Shown here: in pieces, positions 61,033-64,000 of the stretch | Position numbering within the stretch: position 1 is the stretch's first letter | Layout: every line of letters begins with the position of its first letter | From: Pyrinomonadales bacterium | Lineage (GTDB): Bacteria; Acidobacteriota; Blastocatellia; Pyrinomonadales; Pyrinomonadaceae | Direction of reading: 5' to 3' | Assembly: GCA_038235165.1 (NCBI GenBank) | Contig: JBBSUG010000024.1 | Coordinates: 2,430 to 66,429 of the forward strand | Length of the DNA stretch: 64,000 bases | Position numbers and translations under genes: made by a program | The notes under the pieces: model-generated | Seen by the model: only the letters and a program-made list of their open reading frames with translations | Database searches by the model: none | What the model was told of the DNA's origin: nothing

Positions 61033-61584
61033 TTAAAAATTGCGGCTATTACTTGCTTTATCGTTAATTGACACAATTTCTTCTTGACTCATAAAGTGAA
61101 TCGGAGAGATTTGTTTCATCGAAACGATCTCTATTTCAAACGGAAAATAAACAGTAGCAAATCCTTCTGTTTCAGTGTTTTGTAGAACCTTTTTGATGCT
61201 ACCGGTAATTTCAACCTGACCTATAAAATGACCGTCAGCGCGTTTTTCGTACAATTGATTATTTTTTAGACGCAATTCATCTATAAAACTTTTTAAACTC
61301 GCATCATTTTTTAACTGTTCCCTAAACTTTTCTGAAATATTCAAACTTGCTCCGGTGAGACAATCATCGCCGAAATCGAAAACAGAAAAGTAGCTTAAAT
61401 CATCTTCAGATGCACCGACATTATCAACATACGCTTTAATATAAATTTGTTTTGATCGGTAAATCTCAGTATTTTGCGGTATCTTACATAACCGGACAGG
61501 AGTCACCAGCGGACGCAAATTGAAAAGCCAAAAGCCGACGGAAAAAGTGAAAATTCCAAATAAAACGTAAACTGCTTTTTTCAT
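61033..61584 (-). CDS. Membrane-anchored hypothetical protein
   Basis: N-terminal TM segment, AT-rich, 3 nt after the DUF58 gene. Confidence 0.5.
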   Translation of the reverse strand: MKKAVYVLFGIFTFSVGFWLFNLRPLVTPVRLCKIPQNTEIYRSKQIYIKAYVDNVGASEDDLSYFSVFDFGDDCLTGASLNISEKFREQLKNDASLKSFIDELRLKNNQLYEKRADGHFIGQVEITGSIKKVLQNTETEGFATVYFPFEIEIVSMKQISPIHFMSQEEIVSINDKASNSRNF

Positions 61585-61587
61585 AAA

Positions 61588-63024
61588 TTAAAATCCGATT
61601 AGTTTCACTAATTGCCGCAATTCACCAGGCAAATCGTTTTCCGGTAAAGAAGACACTAAAAAGTTGTGGCTGTTATCCCTTTCATCGAGAATCTCGGCGA
61701 GATTTTCTTCTAAATCACCGGCGGCGAAATTTTCGACAAATTCTGCTTCGACCGTCGCTAACCGCGCCAGACACGAGTGAAGATGTTCTCTGCCGATGCC
61801 GAATTCACCGCGTTCTTCGCCAATCATTAAGCGGATTTCGGCTTGTTCTTCGGTGAAATGTGTTAGCAGGGAAGATGTCTTGCTGACCCCGGTTTCAAAG
61901 CGAACGGGCGAATTTCTCTCGCCTTTTTGTTCTTCTTCGAGGCGTTCACGCAGTGATTTCTTTTTTTCTTTTTCGTCTTTGACGAGCCGCGTATCGAAAA
62001 ATATAGTGATGCGTTTATCGTCTTCGGCGGAGAATTCGCGGATAATTAAACGATTTGTCCGCGCCGTCGCCTTCCAGTCCACGCGGCGCAAATCGTCCAT
62101 CGGCTGGTAATCGCGCAGGGCGAGCAAATCCTGTCCCAACCCGCGTTTATTGGCGACGAGTTTGCCGACTTCGAGCGGCAAATCCACCAGTTCGTCCTCA
62201 ACGGAGACGATGCACGGGAAGATGACAATTTCCGCTTCCTGCGCGGAAAGCCGTCGGCGGTGGCGAAAAAAACCGAACGGAAATTTTGTTGAAAGCTCGA
62301 AATCTTTGATAATAAACCTTCCGCGATGCGGGAAAATATGTTCGACCTTATTTTCGACCGTATCGCGGCGCGGAACATTGATAAAATAATCGAGCGTGTA
62401 TTTGATAATCGGCGGATGCGCGATTCTTTCCGCCCATTTCTCCGACAAAATCTGCCTGATTTCACTGAGCAAAGCTGAATTTTCACGGTCTTTCCCGCGC
62501 ACTTCGGCGACCACGGAAAACGTCGGGAAAACGCGCTTGCGGTTGTGCAGACTGACGATGATCGGGGTCGGCTCGCCCGTGAAAATCGTATCGGGAAACC
62601 GCATTTTGACATCGAGTTTTTTCAGGCAGAAATTCCCGATAAAAAATCCGACGACGAGTGACGAAGCGAGAAACGAAAGGACCAGAAAAAGCAGATTGTT
62701 GCCGGTGTTCCACGCGGAAAATCCGACGATCAGTATCAAACCGAAAATCATCGCGCCGCCGATGGTCAGTTCAAACGGCAAATTCATCTGCGAGGCTTCC
62801 GCACTGGCGTTTTTGGCGAGCGGCGGAATGACGAAAACGATAATTATCAAAACGAAAATCAGCGACGCGCCCGCCGCGTAACCGGCAGATTTATATGAGC
62901 CGATCTGCTGAAGCCAAACCGTCGTCGCAGCCAGCCCGACCCCGCCGATGACGACCGCCAAACCGACCAGGGCGTTGCGAATATCGCGCCAACTGAGAAG
63001 TTGAGTAATGGCTTTTAGCTTCAT
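61588..63024 (-). CDS. DUF58 domain protein with N-terminal multi-TM region
   Basis: LRDYQPMDDLRRVDWKATARTNRLIIREF is the DUF58 hallmark. Start taken at MKLKAITQ. Confidence 0.8.
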   Translation of the reverse strand: MKLKAITQLLSWRDIRNALVGLAVVIGGVGLAATTVWLQQIGSYKSAGYAAGASLIFVLIIIVFVIPPLAKNASAEASQMNLPFELTIGGAMIFGLILIVGFSAWNTGNNLLFLVLSFLASSLVVGFFIGNFCLKKLDVKMRFPDTIFTGEPTPIIVSLHNRKRVFPTFSVVAEVRGKDRENSALLSEIRQILSEKWAERIAHPPIIKYTLDYFINVPRRDTVENKVEHIFPHRGRFIIKDFELSTKFPFGFFRHRRRLSAQEAEIVIFPCIVSVEDELVDLPLEVGKLVANKRGLGQDLLALRDYQPMDDLRRVDWKATARTNRLIIREFSAEDDKRITIFFDTRLVKDEKEKKKSLRERLEEEQKGERNSPVRFETGVSKTSSLLTHFTEEQAEIRLMIGEERGEFGIGREHLHSCLARLATVEAEFVENFAAGDLEENLAEILDERDNSHNFLVSSLPENDLPGELRQLVKLIGF

Positions 63025-63152
63025 TATTAAACTAAAGAATCGTGGCGGAAGCGCGAGCGTCAGAGAGGACAGACATTTGAGTTCCCCACCCTTGCTGACG
63101 TGCAGGCTTTCACCACTTTTCAACTAAATCAAACAACAGCGGTTGATGTGCT

Positions 63153-64000
63153 TCAAATAGGTACATTTGTTTTTGCCAAAATATCCTGCAAAATCTGTTC
63201 GGCTTCAAAAGTTCGCCGTTTGGTGCTGGCGGTTTGGCGCGAATTGACGATGACGCGGTGCGCGAAAACCGGCAATACGAGTTGTTTGATGTCGTCGGCG
63301 ATGCAGTAATCGCGCCCGTCAACTAAAGCGAACGCCTGTGCCGAACGAAACAGGGCGAGTGTTCCGCGCGGGCTGATGCCGAGTTCAAGCGCATCGTTGG
63401 CGCGGGTTTGGGCGACGATGTTGAGAAGATAATCAATCAAACTTTCGTCAACGCGTACTTCGGTCGCCATTTTTTGCAAATCCAAAATGTCATTTTGCGA
63501 TAAAACCGGACGGACTGCTTTGAGAGGATTGGCGCGTTCGCGGTCGCGCAAAATCTTTCGTTCGTCATCAATACTCGGATAACCGACGTGCAGCCGCAGC
63601 ATAAATCTGTCCAACTGCGATTCGGGCAGCGGATAGGTGCCGTGATGTTCCGCCGGATTTTGCGTGGCAACGACCATAAACGGCAGCGGCAGCGGGCGCG
63701 AAACGCCTTCGATGGTGATTTGTTCCTCCGACATCGCTTCCAATAATGCGGACTGCGTTTTCGGCGTGGCGCGGTTGATTTCGTCGGCTAAAACGATGTT
63801 GGCGAAAATCGGTCCCGGATTCCATTCAAATTTGCCGGTTTGCTGATTAAAAATGGAAAGCCCGATGACATCGGACGGCAGCAAATCGGACGTGAACTGC
63901 ACACGCTGAAACGATAAATCGAGAGCGCGTGCCAACGCGTTGGCGAGTGTCGTTTTGCCGATGCCGGGAACGTCTTCAATCAATAGATGACCTTTGGCGA
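63153..64000 (-). CDS. MoxR-like AAA+ ATPase (5' end lies beyond the window)
   Basis: GHLLIEDVPGIGKTTLA (Walker A), NIVLADEINRATPKTQSALLEAM (Walker B / sensor). The frame is open to the window edge. Confidence 0.9.
   Translation of the reverse strand, partial: AKGHLLIEDVPGIGKTTLANALARALDLSFQRVQFTSDLLPSDVIGLSIFNQQTGKFEWNPGPIFANIVLADEINRATPKTQSALLEAMSEEQITIEGVSRPLPLPFMVVATQNPAEHHGTYPLPESQLDRFMLRLHVGYPSIDDERKILRDRERANPLKAVRPVLSQNDILDLQKMATEVRVDESLIDYLLNIVAQTRANDALELGISPRGTLALFRSAQAFALVDGRDYCIADDIKQLVLPVFAHRVIVNSRQTASTKRRTFEAEQILQDILAKTNVPI

Noticed and set aside
62046-62881. 188-aa (-) and 161-aa (+) ORFs inside the DUF58 gene.
   Set aside because: These are alternative-frame or antisense shadows. 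The DUF58 frame carries the family hallmark motif.

Overview
64-kb chromosomal window from a moderately AT-rich, Gram-negative-type bacterium. Gene content fits Acidobacteriota or a similar soil lineage, but I cannot verify taxonomy. The backbone is housekeeping genes: ribE, rluB, glmM, aroB, folC, gpmA, feoAB and an egtB-like gene. Five accessory blocks are interspersed. (i) 4.7-16.2 kb: an ~11.5-kb integrase-bounded element just upstream of ribE. It carries an excisionase, Toprim plus P-loop replication proteins, TerS, a TerL split into two ORFs, and an XRE switch with phased operators. It has no portal, capsid, tail or lysis genes, so it looks like a phage satellite or a heavily reduced prophage. 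This is my best candidate for something new. (ii) 22.5-24.1 kb: an AT-rich islet with a LAS/M15-type cell-wall peptidase interrupted by one in-frame TGA, plus a lipoprotein. (iii) 26-34 kb: a neutral-lipid block with two phasin-like genes, PhaR, and an apparent operon of a CYP102-type self-sufficient P450, a WS/DGAT with a histone-H1-like Lys/Ala/Pro tail, and an alpha/beta hydrolase. (iv) 43.7-46.8 kb: a small detox cluster next to a GlxA/AraC regulator. (v) 57.9-61.0 kb: an ECF sigma / anti-sigma / DUF4097 operon bracketed by two REPIN-like inverted doublets of a conserved two-hairpin ~50-nt unit. I found no rRNA, tRNA or CRISPR array. A recurring theme is long perfect hairpins whose arms are tandem 7-9-mers; some sit in frame inside coding regions (helicase tail, P450 linker, feoA/feoB junction). 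All functional calls come from motif recognition by eye in the supplied translations. No database search was run.
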